From Eledone cirrhosa (Eukaryota), in assembly GCA_964016885.1 (NCBI GenBank), contig OZ024740.1, positions 292,206,001 to 292,270,000 on the forward strand: a stretch of 64,000 nucleotides of DNA, in the 5' to 3' direction. The position numbers and the translations under genes were made by a program. Below the pieces are notes generated by a model that was given only the letters and a program-made list of their open reading frames with translations, made no database searches and had not been told where the DNA came from. Positions 11,401 through 24,700 of the stretch are shown here, piece after piece. The first letter of the stretch is position 1. Each line of letters begins with the position of its first letter.

Positions 11401-12471
11401 GTCAAATATGCGATGTGTTAATTCGAGCACTATTAGGGGGTGGGTTGCTATGTATCCTCGTATGTAAATAACTGTACACTATACTTGAAACTTAGATGGC
11501 TTATGTTATCTTTCATATTTAATGAAAAACATATATATGTAAACTTATATACAATTACACATGTTGTTGGACCTCCGTCGCTCATCAGAATAGTCTGCTC
11601 ATCAAATCAACTCGCAAGGGATTTAGCATTCCGCAGACACGTGTACCACCAACGTAATTCTCAGGGAGATTCAGCGTGATACAGTATGTAACAAGGTCCT
11701 TTGAATCACAAGTAGAACTCACTTTTACCAGCTGGGTAGACTGGAGCAATATAAAAGCGTTTTGCTCAGATACAAAACATATTTATACACATATGTAGAT
11801 AACATACATAGATGTATACATAAAGCTGTACGGCTTGATGTGAGAATACACCACAGAAACCCTACAACAGTATGGAAGGATTAGAGACAGGGTTTCAGTT
11901 TTATCCCCCTCAACATTGATGTGACGAGAAAGAATTGCTGATATTTGATGCTGATGGCTCAATCGTTCAGGTTCAACGTCCGTGGCCAAAGTATACCATT
12001 CCGTATTTGGATTGGTAGTGTCACTAATGATTCCACAGTATTCACAAGTTCTTTAAAGATTGAGTCTCTCTAGTACTTTTTGAATCTTTATTGAGCCACG
12101 ATGAAATTGGAGTGCTGGAGCCGTGATTTGCTCTTCAATAATTGGATCGATGCTGGGCCACTAACTCTTTCATCCCAACTACTCAGCATGTCACTGCAGC
12201 AATCATCAATGATACATCTCTCAAGGGGCATAGATCTTGGGCCAGATTCTTCATTATATCAACATTATGGTAAATTATCAATGGAACACTCTTCAGTGAA
12301 CCAACATTTGATTAATTTCCTGTAGAGAATCGTCTTCCAGTTGGGCTTCTATATTTAGTTGAGACAGTGTCAATTGGATGATCTGAGTATTTGATACGAC
12401 CTCAGTGATGAGTAACATTAAACAGTTTCATATAATCAGCTTTTGGATTCTATTTACCGTTTGGATTAAAC

Positions 12472-12770
12472 CAGGGGTGTGCAACATATTCCATTGGCCG
12501 GCCAGTTTTGAACATTGGAACAAATATTAGGGCCATTAATATTTATTAAGCACTATTCCAAAGATTCACCACAACTTCTTTCCATAACATGGAACTGGAA
12601 AATTATAACACACATAACCCTATCAGTGAAGTCCTTTAGTATAGGTCAACTAACAGAAAAAAATTCTAAATAAGCCTACAAGGTAAACATTAAAAAAGGT
12701 CATCGCGGGCCACTCTGACTGGTCTGGCGGGCCGAATTGTAGCCCGTGGACCGCCTGTTACACGCCCCTG
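12472..12770. mobile_element. hAT/Charlie-type MITE
   Basis: TIRs CAGGGGTGTGCAAC / GTTACACGCCCCTG; 8-bp TSD GATTAAAC/GATTAAAT; subterminal GCGGGCC motifs. Confidence 0.85.
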
Positions 12771-13001
12771 GATTAAATTGTCCTAGGAAAACTTTTCCAG
12801 GTTCAGACAGTCATCCAGGTAAAGACTAACTCGTTGACGAACGACAGAAAATTAATTGTTCTATTTAGACATCTCACTTGACTGTTTCCAATAGGATCGT
12901 ATGAAGTTGTTCTAGTTCGAACAATAATATTGTTATCCAAAAATGCACAGCCATTTCGGGACATAAATTGGGACCCTAGGTCTAGGGGAATAGTACCAAA
13001 T

Positions 13002-13498
13002 TAAGAATTCACTACAAGAAAAATAACACCTTTTAATAACTCTATGGGGATATAGTATAACAAATGCAAAAGGAAACTTTGAGTATTTCTTCTCTCTCTC
13101 CCTCTCCCTCTCCCTTTTCTCTCTTCCCCTTTTCTCTCTCCCCCTCTCTCTCTGCTCTTTAGCCAGAGAAGAAATATCAGGGCCCATAACTCCTTTCACT
13201 GCCTCCTTTCATTTTTTCCCATGGCCATAACCTCCTTTTCAACGAAAAAGAGAGATTTTTGGTTGTGGGCGAAAAAGATTTCTGGAGAAGAAAGTGAAAG
13301 ATTTATTGCACTGTATTCGAAAGAGTAATTCTAGAAATATCGGTCCCAACATGTAGTAGAAGTTCAGCTATGATTGATAAGGGGAGCGACATTAACTATT
13401 GAAGTTATAAGCAGATGAATAAATTAACAAAATTCGAGCTTATACTATATCCCCATAGAGTTATTAAAAGGTGTTATTTTTCTTGTAGTGAATTCTTA
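13002..13498. repeat. 59-bp perfect inverted repeat with ~380-bp spacer
   Basis: 13002-13060 is the reverse complement of 13440-13498. Confidence 0.9.
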
Positions 13499-14095
13499 TT
13501 AACATTTCAGTATGCGCAGTAATAAATAAATAAATAAATATAAATAAATAAATAAATAAAATAATAAAAATAAAATAAAAAAAAGAAGAATTATGTCAAG
13601 GTTGGCTTTAATTTGTCCTTGGTGTACATTTTTCTACACTACACCTATGATGTTAGAATTTCGAAGAAAACTAGTCTATAGCATGGAATTGGCGAAATTA
13701 TTGATCTAAGGAGGCACTGCTGCAATTCGTGTCATTTCTTAGTTTCTTTTTGTTTTTCGTTTTTGCTACTTGTTTTCTCTTATTTATAGCTCAAAACCAA
13801 GATTTCATTAGAAAGCGACATGAATTTTCTTATTCAGACTTGTCTCTTGTGCTTTACAAGTTTTTATTTGACATTTAGTTATTTCTGTTATAATAACCTT
13901 TTCAGGAAAGAATGATATATAAATCTGTCCCCGTAGTGTAATCTTTGATAGTATAGTTAATATTTAGAATGAAAATAGTAAAAATTATACACCGTGGTTG
14001 TAAAATTAATGATTTTCAGTAAGAAAAGTAAACTTGATATTTAGTGTTGTGTATCTACAATTTTCTTGGCATATTTCACCGCAGACTATTGTTCT

Positions 14096-14143
<48 letters not shown>

Positions 14144-14144
14144 G

Positions 14145-14279
<135 letters not shown>

Positions 14280-14362
14280 GGTAAACAGAAATAACAACAC
14301 AATTGGTACAGTATATGGAAAGGATATATTAGGTTAACGCTTGATATAGCAGGAAGAGGGTT

Positions 14363-14394
14363 TTAACGTTTCGGACGCTAGTCCTTCATCAGAA
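14363..14394 (-). ncRNA. Minimal hammerhead-like motif
   Basis: Minus strand CTGATGA-A-GGAC(TAGC)GTCC-GAAA-CG-TT; stem I is very short. Confidence 0.55.
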
Positions 14395-14613
14395 GAAAGA
14401 ATGAGAAATAAGATAGATTGAGGGTTGGAATTGGAAAAAATGTCTTTAGATAAAAATAACAGGTCCATTCATGTTGACATCTCTTGCAAAATTGTTGGTA
14501 CTGGCGTTTTGTGTATGATTTATTTTTTAGAAAAGTAGATGATGGAGCGCGTCTACCTGAAATGGAAAAAAAAACGTTTTGTAAAAAGAGCTATACTTGT
14601 GCACGTGCGTAAG

Positions 14614-14740
<127 letters not shown>

Positions 14741-15031
14741 ATATGTCTGTACGAAGCTAAGAAGAAATGTGTGTATATAATATATATAGTTCTAGGAAAA
14801 AACAAATGACTAGGCAAGAAGTAAAGGTTAGAAGAGAACGATTTATATATATATGTGTTTGTGTCTATATTATATCTGTATTTTTGACCGTTGGTCAGTC
14901 AATGGTAAACATTGAGGACCGAATAAATTAACTAATATAAAAGATACAGAAGCGAAAACCAACCAAACAGTGACTGTGTTCTGTTATTAATTCTGGCAAT
15001 ATTATTACAACAATATGACCTCCCCAAGTAT

Positions 15032-15088
<57 letters not shown>

Positions 15089-15098
15089 CATACATACA

Positions 15099-15157
<59 letters not shown>

Positions 15158-15368
15158 AGAAGAGGTATTTAACTTGTTGGAAATCCAACAAATATAGATG
15201 TTTACAACTGATTCAGAGCACTCGACAGATTTCTGGAGTAAGTATTCAATGATATTAATAATTTTAAATATCTGACTTTTCTTCTCTCTTCCCTTCACTT
15301 TCCAGGGATAACTTGAACCGTTAAGGTATATTATCCTTGGCCATGTCAAATATTTATAAAACATTTTG

Positions 15369-15430
15369 TATTTTATCTGATGATAGCGTACCAAAATTTT
15401 TGGTACCCTTGAAATATATGTAATAGAATA
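15369..15430 (+). ncRNA. Type I hammerhead ribozyme
   Basis: TATTTTAT-CTGATGA-..GTACCAAAA/TTTTGGTAC..-GAAA-TATATG-TA-ATAGAATA. Downstream flank shared with the copy at 37666. Confidence 0.75.
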
Positions 15431-15472
15431 AATATGGTTTTATAAATATAGTTTCCATTTATTTAATATCAT

Positions 15473-15504
<32 letters not shown>

Positions 15505-15689
15505 CATATACTCGTTCCTATATATATATATATATATATATTAAAATAACAGATTAAAGTTTAAGCAAATAATCGTTACTTTTACCCTTAATGAAAAAAG
15601 AGTTAGTTGATTTGTAATCAACTGATTCTTATATATAACAGATACCAAACACTGAACAGTATATCTTTATCCGGAGTATTATTATGATA

Positions 15690-15870
15690 ATTGTTTCTAC
15701 TTTTGGCACAAGGCCAGCAATTAACCAGTGCATTACTGGTACTTTATTTTATCGACCCCGTAAGGATGAAAGCCAAAGTTAACCTCGGCTGGATTTGAAC
15801 TCAGATCGTAAAGGGACGTAACTACGCTGGAAAGCATGTCTGACCCTCTACCGATACTGCCAATTCACAT
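15690..15870 (-). mobile_element. Family A SINE (short subfamily)
   Basis: Near reverse complement of 16962-17146. Confidence 0.8.
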
Positions 15871-15876
15871 GATAAT

Positions 15877-16154
15877 GATGGTAATAAACGAAAGATATAT
15901 ATATACTTTATATCATCTCTATTTATTTCATTATGAATATTTTGAAGATGCAAAGTTTTATGTGTGGTGGTCACCGATCTGTCCAGCTCATTTGTCTACC
16001 AACATATCATGAAAAAGATTATACATCTCATATGTATTTTGTCTGAATAGGACATGTTTTGGTTTATCTTATACATAAAAATTTGCATCTTCGAAATATA
16101 TATAATGAAATAAATAGAGATGATATAAAGTATATATCTTTCGTTTATTACCAT
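15877..16154 (+). mobile_element. Mini pLTR module: ~85-bp inverted repeat plus degenerate HHR (16035-16112)
   Basis: 15877-15963 is inverted to 16073-16154; TATTTTGT-CTGAATA...GAAA-TATATA-TA-ATGAAATA. Confidence 0.65.
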
Positions 16155-16254
16155 CATATATATAAGAGGCAAATAGAGCAAAAAAAAAAGAGGGGGGGTC
16201 GTCGTTACGCCTGCGTTGTACAGTTAATGGGTTGGAACTACTTTTTTTCTTTCT

Positions 16255-16522
16255 AAAGGAGTGAAAATGTAAGTAGTTTCACCTCATTAGCCCGTTACAT
16301 ATGGGAATTGAACGATGCTAATATTGAATAGTCCTTCAATTGGAATATACTGAAAGCCACTCACGCATACTAGCCTGAAAAACGTAGGTGTAATTTGTAT
16401 CTCACTAAATGCCTTTTAATAATTAAATCTAGCTCACCAATCTTAGACAGAAAATCTGAGATTCTTTCCACTTGCCGACATAAACATTCTCACTCCTTCT
16501 ATTATAGCAAATACGAACTTAC
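16255..16522 (+). pseudogene. Naiad-type PLE endonuclease C-terminal relic
   Basis: Translates TSLARYIWELNDANIE*SFNWNILKATHAY*PEKRRCNLYLTK...LDRKSEILSTCRHK, matching the C-termini of the two Naiad copies in the window; contains in-frame stops. Confidence 0.75.
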
Positions 16523-16812
16523 AGAGAAAGATAGAAAGTGAGAAAGGGGAAATGAGAAAGAGATATAGAGGAAAAATTCACCCAGTACTAGACTGGTATA
16601 TTTTTTTTATCTGAGATTCTTTCCACTTGCCGACATAAAAATTCTCACTCTTTCTATTATAAAAAATACGAACTTACGTAGCATACCATAACAATTTATT
16701 AAGTCCCGCACCCCACCCCTTCATAAGGTCTTTACCACATAAACCTACACATCTCACAATAGGCGACAATTCTAATAGTAATTAATTTATCTAGTTAATA
16801 GTTGATCTACAT

Positions 16813-17374
16813 CAGAGGTTCTCAAACTTTTGGGGCCACCGCCCCCCTCACAGCCACATAAAACCCTCAGCGTCCCCCACCACCAGTCTGTGATGATACA
16901 TCCAAACTTTACTAGCAGAGAAAGTGGACATTAAACAATGATGGTGATGATGTTAGTTTATCATTGGCAGTATCGGTAAGGGTCGGACGCCATGCTTTGA
17001 AGCATAGAGTTACCTCCCTTTATGATCTGAGTTCAAATCCCGCCGAGGTTAACTTTGCCTTTCATCCTTACGGGGTCGATAAAATAAAGTACCAGTAATG
17101 CACTGGAATAATTGCTGGCCTTGTGCCAAAAGTAGAAACAATCATTAGTAACACAGATGTAAAAAGAATGTGATGTCTTTATTATAGATGTCTATATGTC
17201 TTTATTATAGATGTCTATATAAATGCTTAATATACATGTGCAATATATTTGTAAAAAAAGAAAAAAAACAGCTATTTATTGCTTAAAATTTAAACAATAA
17301 ATAGCTTGTTTTTTTCTTTTTTTTAATACTACACTGTCGCCCCCCCCCCCCCCATATCATTTTGGGAAACAATG
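16813..17374. mobile_element. hAT-type MITE carrying a nested family A SINE (16962-17146, +)
   Basis: TIRs CAGAGGTTCTCAAA / TTTGGGAAACAATG; 8-bp TSD ATCTACAT/ATCTATAT. Confidence 0.75.
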
Positions 17375-17494
17375 ATCTATATTTTTTCGTGGAGCTTATC
17401 CTTTATTCCGTCATTAATCCATTAACGTATTTATGCCAACCAACTGGCTAATATTTTGAACCTACACTTGGCATGGTGATCCCACTGGGTGATC

Positions 17495-17575
<81 letters not shown>

Positions 17576-17577
<2 letters not shown>

Positions 17578-18197
17578 CCAATGATGGTTGGCAAATCACT
17601 GATGAGGGACTAATTTTATAATATGTAATCCATGTGCAACCATGCAGTATTCTTCTCCCCTTGTTTTTCATATATATTTACCTAAACTGCGATTATCTGT
17701 TTCTCTCTTTCTCTCTTACTGCTCCCCCGTTCTCTCTGTTTCTCTTACCTTCTTTCGTCCCCTCTGTCAGTTAACACTTTCTCTCGACTGACCTCTTCCT
17801 CGCACTTCCACTCACTCACTCTCTATTTCTCCCCTTCTCACTTCCTCCCGTTCGCTAGTAGTGGGGTTCCTTCTTTCTCACACCGCACTCACGGCGTACG
17901 GTCTGCTTCTCTGACCGCTCATGAAATTCACCCAGCTTATGCTGATCGGATAACTACCATGTGGCTTGCTGTTTTCCCAACCTTCGGTTTGCTTTTCCTT
18001 CTATTGTTTACTTGTCTCACTCGCTTTACGCGTTTCACTTGTCCCAATAGCTTATTTTAGTTATTGCTCGCACCAACCTGAGGTATCTGATTTTTAATGC
18101 GATGAAATACCAATGATGGTTGGCAAATCACTGATGAGGGACTAATTTTATAATATGTAATCCATGTGCAACCATGCAGTATTCTTCTCCCCTTGTT

Positions 18198-18203
<6 letters not shown>
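17576..18203 (+). repeat. ~97-bp direct repeat flanking a pyrimidine-rich tract, between (TA)n blocks
   Basis: ataccaatgatggttggcaaatcactgatgaggg...ccttgtttttcata at ~17576-17672 and ~18107-18203. Confidence 0.8.
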
Positions 18204-18266
<63 letters not shown>

Positions 18267-18272
18267 TGTGTG

Positions 18273-18304
<32 letters not shown>

Positions 18305-18439
18305 CGTGTGTGTGTGCGCGTGTGTGTGTGTGTGTGCATGTATATAAATATATATAAATATGTGTATACTAATTATATATCACACTGTATGTTCACTTCT
18401 TAAAACAGGTCTCATTCACTCTCTTACTACAAGTATTAG

Positions 18440-18723
18440 ACACGCTAGAACAGCCACTCCACATCGCGGGGGGTCGCACTTGCACTTAGTAGGTATGTAG
18501 ACCGATAGCAGTTAGTATGTATGTAGACCGGGGGCCAAGAACGTTGGAATTCTTCACACCCATTAGCTCGACCACAAACCTCCCAGAGAGCGGCCGATAC
18601 TTTGACTGTTTGCCCTCTTCGGCCTGGCGAGCAGAAAAGCCTGGGCTGGTAGTGGGAGCAACCTTCTCTCAGAGACATCCTAAAACGAACATGGCCGACC
18701 GATGGGTATCTAGTCCATGTGCT
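18440..18723 (-). mobile_element. CRE-like non-LTR retrotransposon RLE fragment
   Basis: Minus strand reads SPGFSARQAEEGKQSKYRPLSGRFVVELMGVKNSNVLGP...PRDVEWLF; homologous to 45270-45478. Confidence 0.65.
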
Positions 18724-21700
18724 TGATAAGCTAGCAGTCATACAATAATAAGCCAGCAGTCATACACTAAGACAGCAGTCATACAATGATAAACCAGTAG
18801 ACATACAATAATAAGAGACATACCACAATAAGCGAGCAATTATACAATGATAAGTGAGCAGTCATACAATAAGCCAGCAGTCATACAATGATAAGCCAGC
18901 AGTCATACAATAAGAGAGCAGTCATACAATGCTAAGTCAGCAATCATACAATGATAAGCCTGCAGTCATACAATGAAAAGACAGCAGTCATACAATGATA
19001 AGACAGCAGTCATACAATGATAAGCCAGCAGTCATACAATGATAAGCCAGCAGTCATACAATAAGCCAGCAGTCATACAATAATAAGCCAAGAGTCATAC
19101 AATAATAAGCCAACAGTCATACAATAAGTCAGCAGTCATACAATAATAAGCCAACAATCATACAATAATAAGACAGCAGTCATACAATAAGCCAGCAGTC
19201 ATACAATGATAAGACAGCAGTCATACAATGATAAGCCAACAGTCATAGAATGATAAGACGGCAGTCATACAATAAGTCAGCAGTGATACAATAAGCCAGC
19301 AGTCATTCCACAATAAGCCAGTAGTCATACAATAATAAGACAGCAGTCATACAATAAGACAGCAGTCATACAATAAGACAGCAGTCATACAATAAGACAG
19401 CAGTCATACAATAAGACAGCAGTCATACAATGATAAACCAGTAGACATACAATAATAAGAGAGATACCACAATAAGCGAGCAGTCATACAATGATAAGTG
19501 AGCAGTCTTACAATAAGCCAGCAGTCATACAATGATAAGCCAGCAGTCATAAATAAGAGAGCAGTCATAAAATGCTAAGTCAGCAGTCATACAATGATAA
19601 GACAGCAGTCATTCAATGAAAAGACAGCAGTCATACAATGAAAAGACAGCAGTCATACAATGATAAGACAGCAGTCATACAATGATAAGCCAGCAGTCAT
19701 ACAATAATAAGCCAGCAGTCATACAATAATAAGCCAAGAGTCATACAATAATAAGCCAACAGTCATACCATAAGACAGCAGTCATACAATAATAAGCCAA
19801 CAGTCATACAATCAGCTAGTAGTCATACAATAAGTCAGCAGTCATACAATAATAAGCCAACAATCATACAATAATAAGACAGCAGTCATACAATAAGCCA
19901 GCAGTCATACAATGATAAGACAGCAGTCATACAATGATAAGCCAACAGTCATAGCATGATAAGACGGCAGTCATACAATAAGTCAGTAGTGATACAATAA
20001 GCCAGCAGTCATTCCACAATAAGCCAGTAGTCATACAATAATAAGACAGAAGTCATACAATAAGCCAGCAGTCATACAAAAATAAGCCAACAGTCATACA
20101 ATAAGCCAGCAGTCATACAATAAGCCAGCAGTCATACAATAAGCCAGCAGTCATACAATAAGCCAGCAGCCATACAATAAGCCAGCAGTCATACAATAAG
20201 TCAGCAGTCATACAATAAGTCAGCAGTCATACAATAAGCCAGCAGTCATACAATAAGCCAGCAGTCATAAAATAAGCCAGCAGTCATACAATAAATCAGA
20301 AGTCATACAATGATAAGACAGCAGTCATACAATGATAAGACAGCAGTCATACAATAAGCCAACAGTCATACAATAAGACATCAGTAATACAATAAAACAG
20401 CAGTCATACAATGATAAGCCAGCAGTCATACAATGATAAGACAGCAGATAGACAATAAGCCAGATGTCTTACAATAAGCCAGCAGTCATACAATAAGACA
20501 GCAGTCATACAATGATAAGCCAGCAGTAATACAATGATAAGACAGCAGTCATACAATAAGTCAGCAGTCATACAATAAACCAGCAGTCATCCAATAAGCC
20601 AGCAGTCATACAATAAGCCAGCAGTCATACAATAAACCAGCAGTCATACAATAAGCCAGCTGTTTTACAATAAGACAGCAGTCATACAATGAGCCATCAA
20701 TTATACACTAAGTCAGCAGTCATACAATAAGACAGCAGTCATACAATAGCCAACAGTCATACAAATAAGTCAGCAGTCATACACTAAGCCAGAAGTCATA
20801 CAATAAGCCAGCAGTCATACAATAAGACAGCAGTCATACAATAAGTCAGAAGTCATACAATAAGCCAGCAGTTATACAATGATAAGCCAGCAGTCATACA
20901 ATAAGAGAGCAGTCATAAAATACTAAGTCAGCAGTCATACAATCATAAGCCTGCAGTCATACAATGATAAGACAGCAGTCATAGAATGAAAAGACAGCAG
21001 TCATACAATAATAAGCCAGCAGTCATACGATAATAAGCCAAAAGTCATACAATAAGACAGCAGTCATACAATAATAAGCCAACAGTCATACAATCAGCCA
21101 GTAGTCATACAATAAGTCAGCAGTCATAGAATAATAAGCCAACAGTCATACAATGATGAGACAGCAGTCATACAATGATAAGCCAGCAGTCATAGAATGA
21201 TAAGACGGCAGTCATACAATAAGCCAGCAGTGATACAATAAGCCAGCAGTCATTCCACAATAAGCCAGTAGTCATACAATAATAAGACAGCAGTCATACA
21301 ATAAGCCAGCAGTCATACAATAAGCCAGCAGTCATACAATAAGTCAGCAGTCATACAATAAGCCAGAAGTCATACAATAAGCCCGCAATCATAAAATAAG
21401 CCAGCAGTCATACAATAAGCCAGCAGTCATACAATAAGCCAGCAGTCATACAATAAGTCAGCAGTCATACAATAAGTCAGCAGTCATACAATAAACCAGC
21501 AGTCATACAATAAGCCAGCAGTCATACAATAAGGCAGCAGTCATACAATGATAAGACAGCAGTCATACAATGATAAGACAGCAGTCATACAATAAGCCAA
21601 CAGTCATACAATAAGACATCAGTAATACAATAAGACAGCAGTCATACAATGATAAGCCAGCAGTCATACAATGATAAGACAGCAGTGAGACAATAAGCCA

Positions 21701-24700
21701 GCAGTCTTACAATAAGCCAGCAGTCATACAATAAGACAGCAGTCATACAATGATAAGCCAGCAGTAATACAATGATAAGCCAGCACTAATACAATGATGA
21801 GACAGCAGTCATACAATAAGCCAGCAGTCATAGAATAAGTCAGCAGTCATAGAATAAGACAGCAGTCATAGAATAAGTCAGCAGTCATAGAATAAGACAG
21901 CAGTCATACAATAAGTCAGCAGTCAAACAATATACCAGCAGTCATACAATAAGACAGCAGTCGTACAATAAGACGGCAGTCAAACAATATACCAGAGAGT
22001 CATACAACAAGTCAGCAGTCATACAATAAGCTAGCAGTCATACAATGAGCCAGCAGTTTTACAATAAGACAGCAGTCATACAATAAGCCAGATGTCATAC
22101 AATAAGCCAGCAATCATACACTTAGTCAGCAGTCATACAATAAGACAGCAGTCATACAATAAGCCAACAGTCATACAAATAAGTCAGCAGTAATACAATA
22201 AGCCAACAGTCATACATTAAGCTAGCAGTCATACAATAAGCCAGCAGTCATACAATAAGACAGCAGTCATACAATAAGCCAGCAGTCATACAATAAGTCA
22301 GCAGTCATACAATGATAAGACTGCAGTCATACAATAAGACAGCAGTCATAAAATTAGCCAGCAGTCATACAATAAGACAGCAGTCATACAATAAGCTAAC
22401 AGTCATACAATAAGACAGCAGTCACACAATGACAAGCCAGCAGTCATACAATGACAAGCCAGCAGTCATACAATAATAAACAAACCAACAGTCATACAAT
22501 AAGACAGCAGTCATACAATAAGTCAGCATTCATACAATAAGCCAACAGTCGTACAATAAATCAGAGTCATACAATGATAAGCCAGCAGTCATACAATAAG
22601 CCAGCAGTCATACATTAAACCACAGTCATACAATAAGCCAGCAGTCCTACAATAAGCCAGCAGGCATACAATAAGACAGCAGTCATACAATAAGCCAGCA
22701 GTTATACAATAAGTCAGCAGTCATGCAATAATAAGCCAGCAGTCATACAATAATCCAGCAGTCATACAATAATACAGCAGTCATACAGTAAGCCAGCAGA
22801 AATACAATAAGGCAGCAGTCATACAATGACAAGCCAGCAGTCATACAATAATAAGCCAGCAGTCATACAATAATAAGACAGCTGTCATACAATGATAAGC
22901 CAGCAGTCATACAATAAGCCAGCAGTCATACAATAAGCCAGCAGTCATACAATAAGCCAGCAGTCATACAATGATAAACCAGCAGTCATACAATAAGCCT
23001 GCAGTCATACAATGATAAGACAGCAGTCATACAATGATAAGACACCAGTCATACAATAAGCCAACAGTCATACAATAAGACAGCAGTAATACAATAAGAC
23101 AGCAGTCATACAATGATAAGCCAGCAGTCATACAATGATAAGACAGCAGGTAGACAATAAGCCAGATGTCTTACAATAAGCCAGCAGTCATACAATAAGA
23201 CAGCAGTCATACAATGATAAGCCAGCACTAATACAATGATAAGACAGCAGTCATACAATAAGCCAGCAGTCATACAATAAGTCAGCAGTCAAACAATATA
23301 CCAGCAGTCATACAATAAGACAGCAGTCGTACAATAAGACAGCAGTCAAACGATATACCAACAGTCATACAATAAGTCAGCAGTCATACAATAAACTAGC
23401 AGTCATACAATAAGCCAGTAGTTTTACAATAAGACAGCAGTCATACAATAAGCCAGCAGTCATACAATAAGCCACCAGTCATACAATAAGCCAGCACTAA
23501 TACAATAAGCCAGCACTCATACAATAAGCCAACAGTCATACAATAAGCCAGCAGTCATACAATAAGCCAGCAGTCATACAATAAGCCACCAGTCATACAA
23601 TAAACCAGCAGTCATACAATAAGCCAGCAGTTTTACAATAAGCCAGCAGTCATACAATAAGCCAGCAGTCATACAAAAAGCCAGCAATCATACACTAAGT
23701 CAGCAGTCATACAATAAGACAGCAGTCATACAATAAGCCAACAGTCATACAAATAAGTCAGCAGTCATACAATAAGCCAACAGTCATACAATAAGCCAGC
23801 AGTCATACAATAAACCAGCAATCATACACTAAGTAAGCAGTCATACAATAAGTCAGCAGTAATACAATGATAAGACAGCAGTCATACAATAAGACAGCAG
23901 TCATAAAATAAACCAGCAGTCATACAATAAGACAGAAGTCATACAATAAGCTAACAGTCATACAATAAGATAGCAATCACACAATGACAACCCAGCAGTC
24001 ATACTATGATAAGACAGCAGTCATACAATAAGTCAACAGTCATCCAATAAGACATCAGTAATACAATAAGACAGCAGTCATACAATGATAAGCCAGCAGT
24101 CATACAATGATAAGACAGCAGTGAGACAATAAGCCAGGAGTCTTACAATATGCCAGCAGCCATACAATAAGACAGCAGTCATACAATGATAAGCCAGCAG
24201 TAATACAATGATAAGCCAGCACTAATACAATGATAAGTCAGCAGTCATACAATAAGCAGTCATACAATAAGCCAGCAGTCATACAATAAGTCAACAGTCA
24301 TACAATAAGCCAGCAGTTTTCCAATAAGACAGCAATCATACAATAAGCCAGCAGTCATACAATAAGCCCACAGTCATACAATAAGCCAGCAATCGTACAC
24401 TAAGTAAGCAGTCATACAATAAGTCAGCAGTAATACAATGATAAGACAGCAGTCATACAATAAGACAGCAGTCATAAAATAAACCAGCAGTCATACAATA
24501 AGACAGCAGTCATACAATAAGCTAACAGTCATACAATAAGATAGCAATCACACAATGACAACCCAGCAGTCATACAATTACAAGCCAGCAGTCATACAAT
24601 AATAAACAAACCAACAGTCATACAATAAGCCAGCAGTCATACAATAAGTCAGCAGTCATACAATAAGCCAACAGTCATACAAATAAGTCAGCAGTCCTAC

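Noticed and set aside
11820-12460. Possible Gypsy integrase relic (minus strand, IPNTEWYTLATDV)
   Set aside because: Too decayed to support without a profile search.
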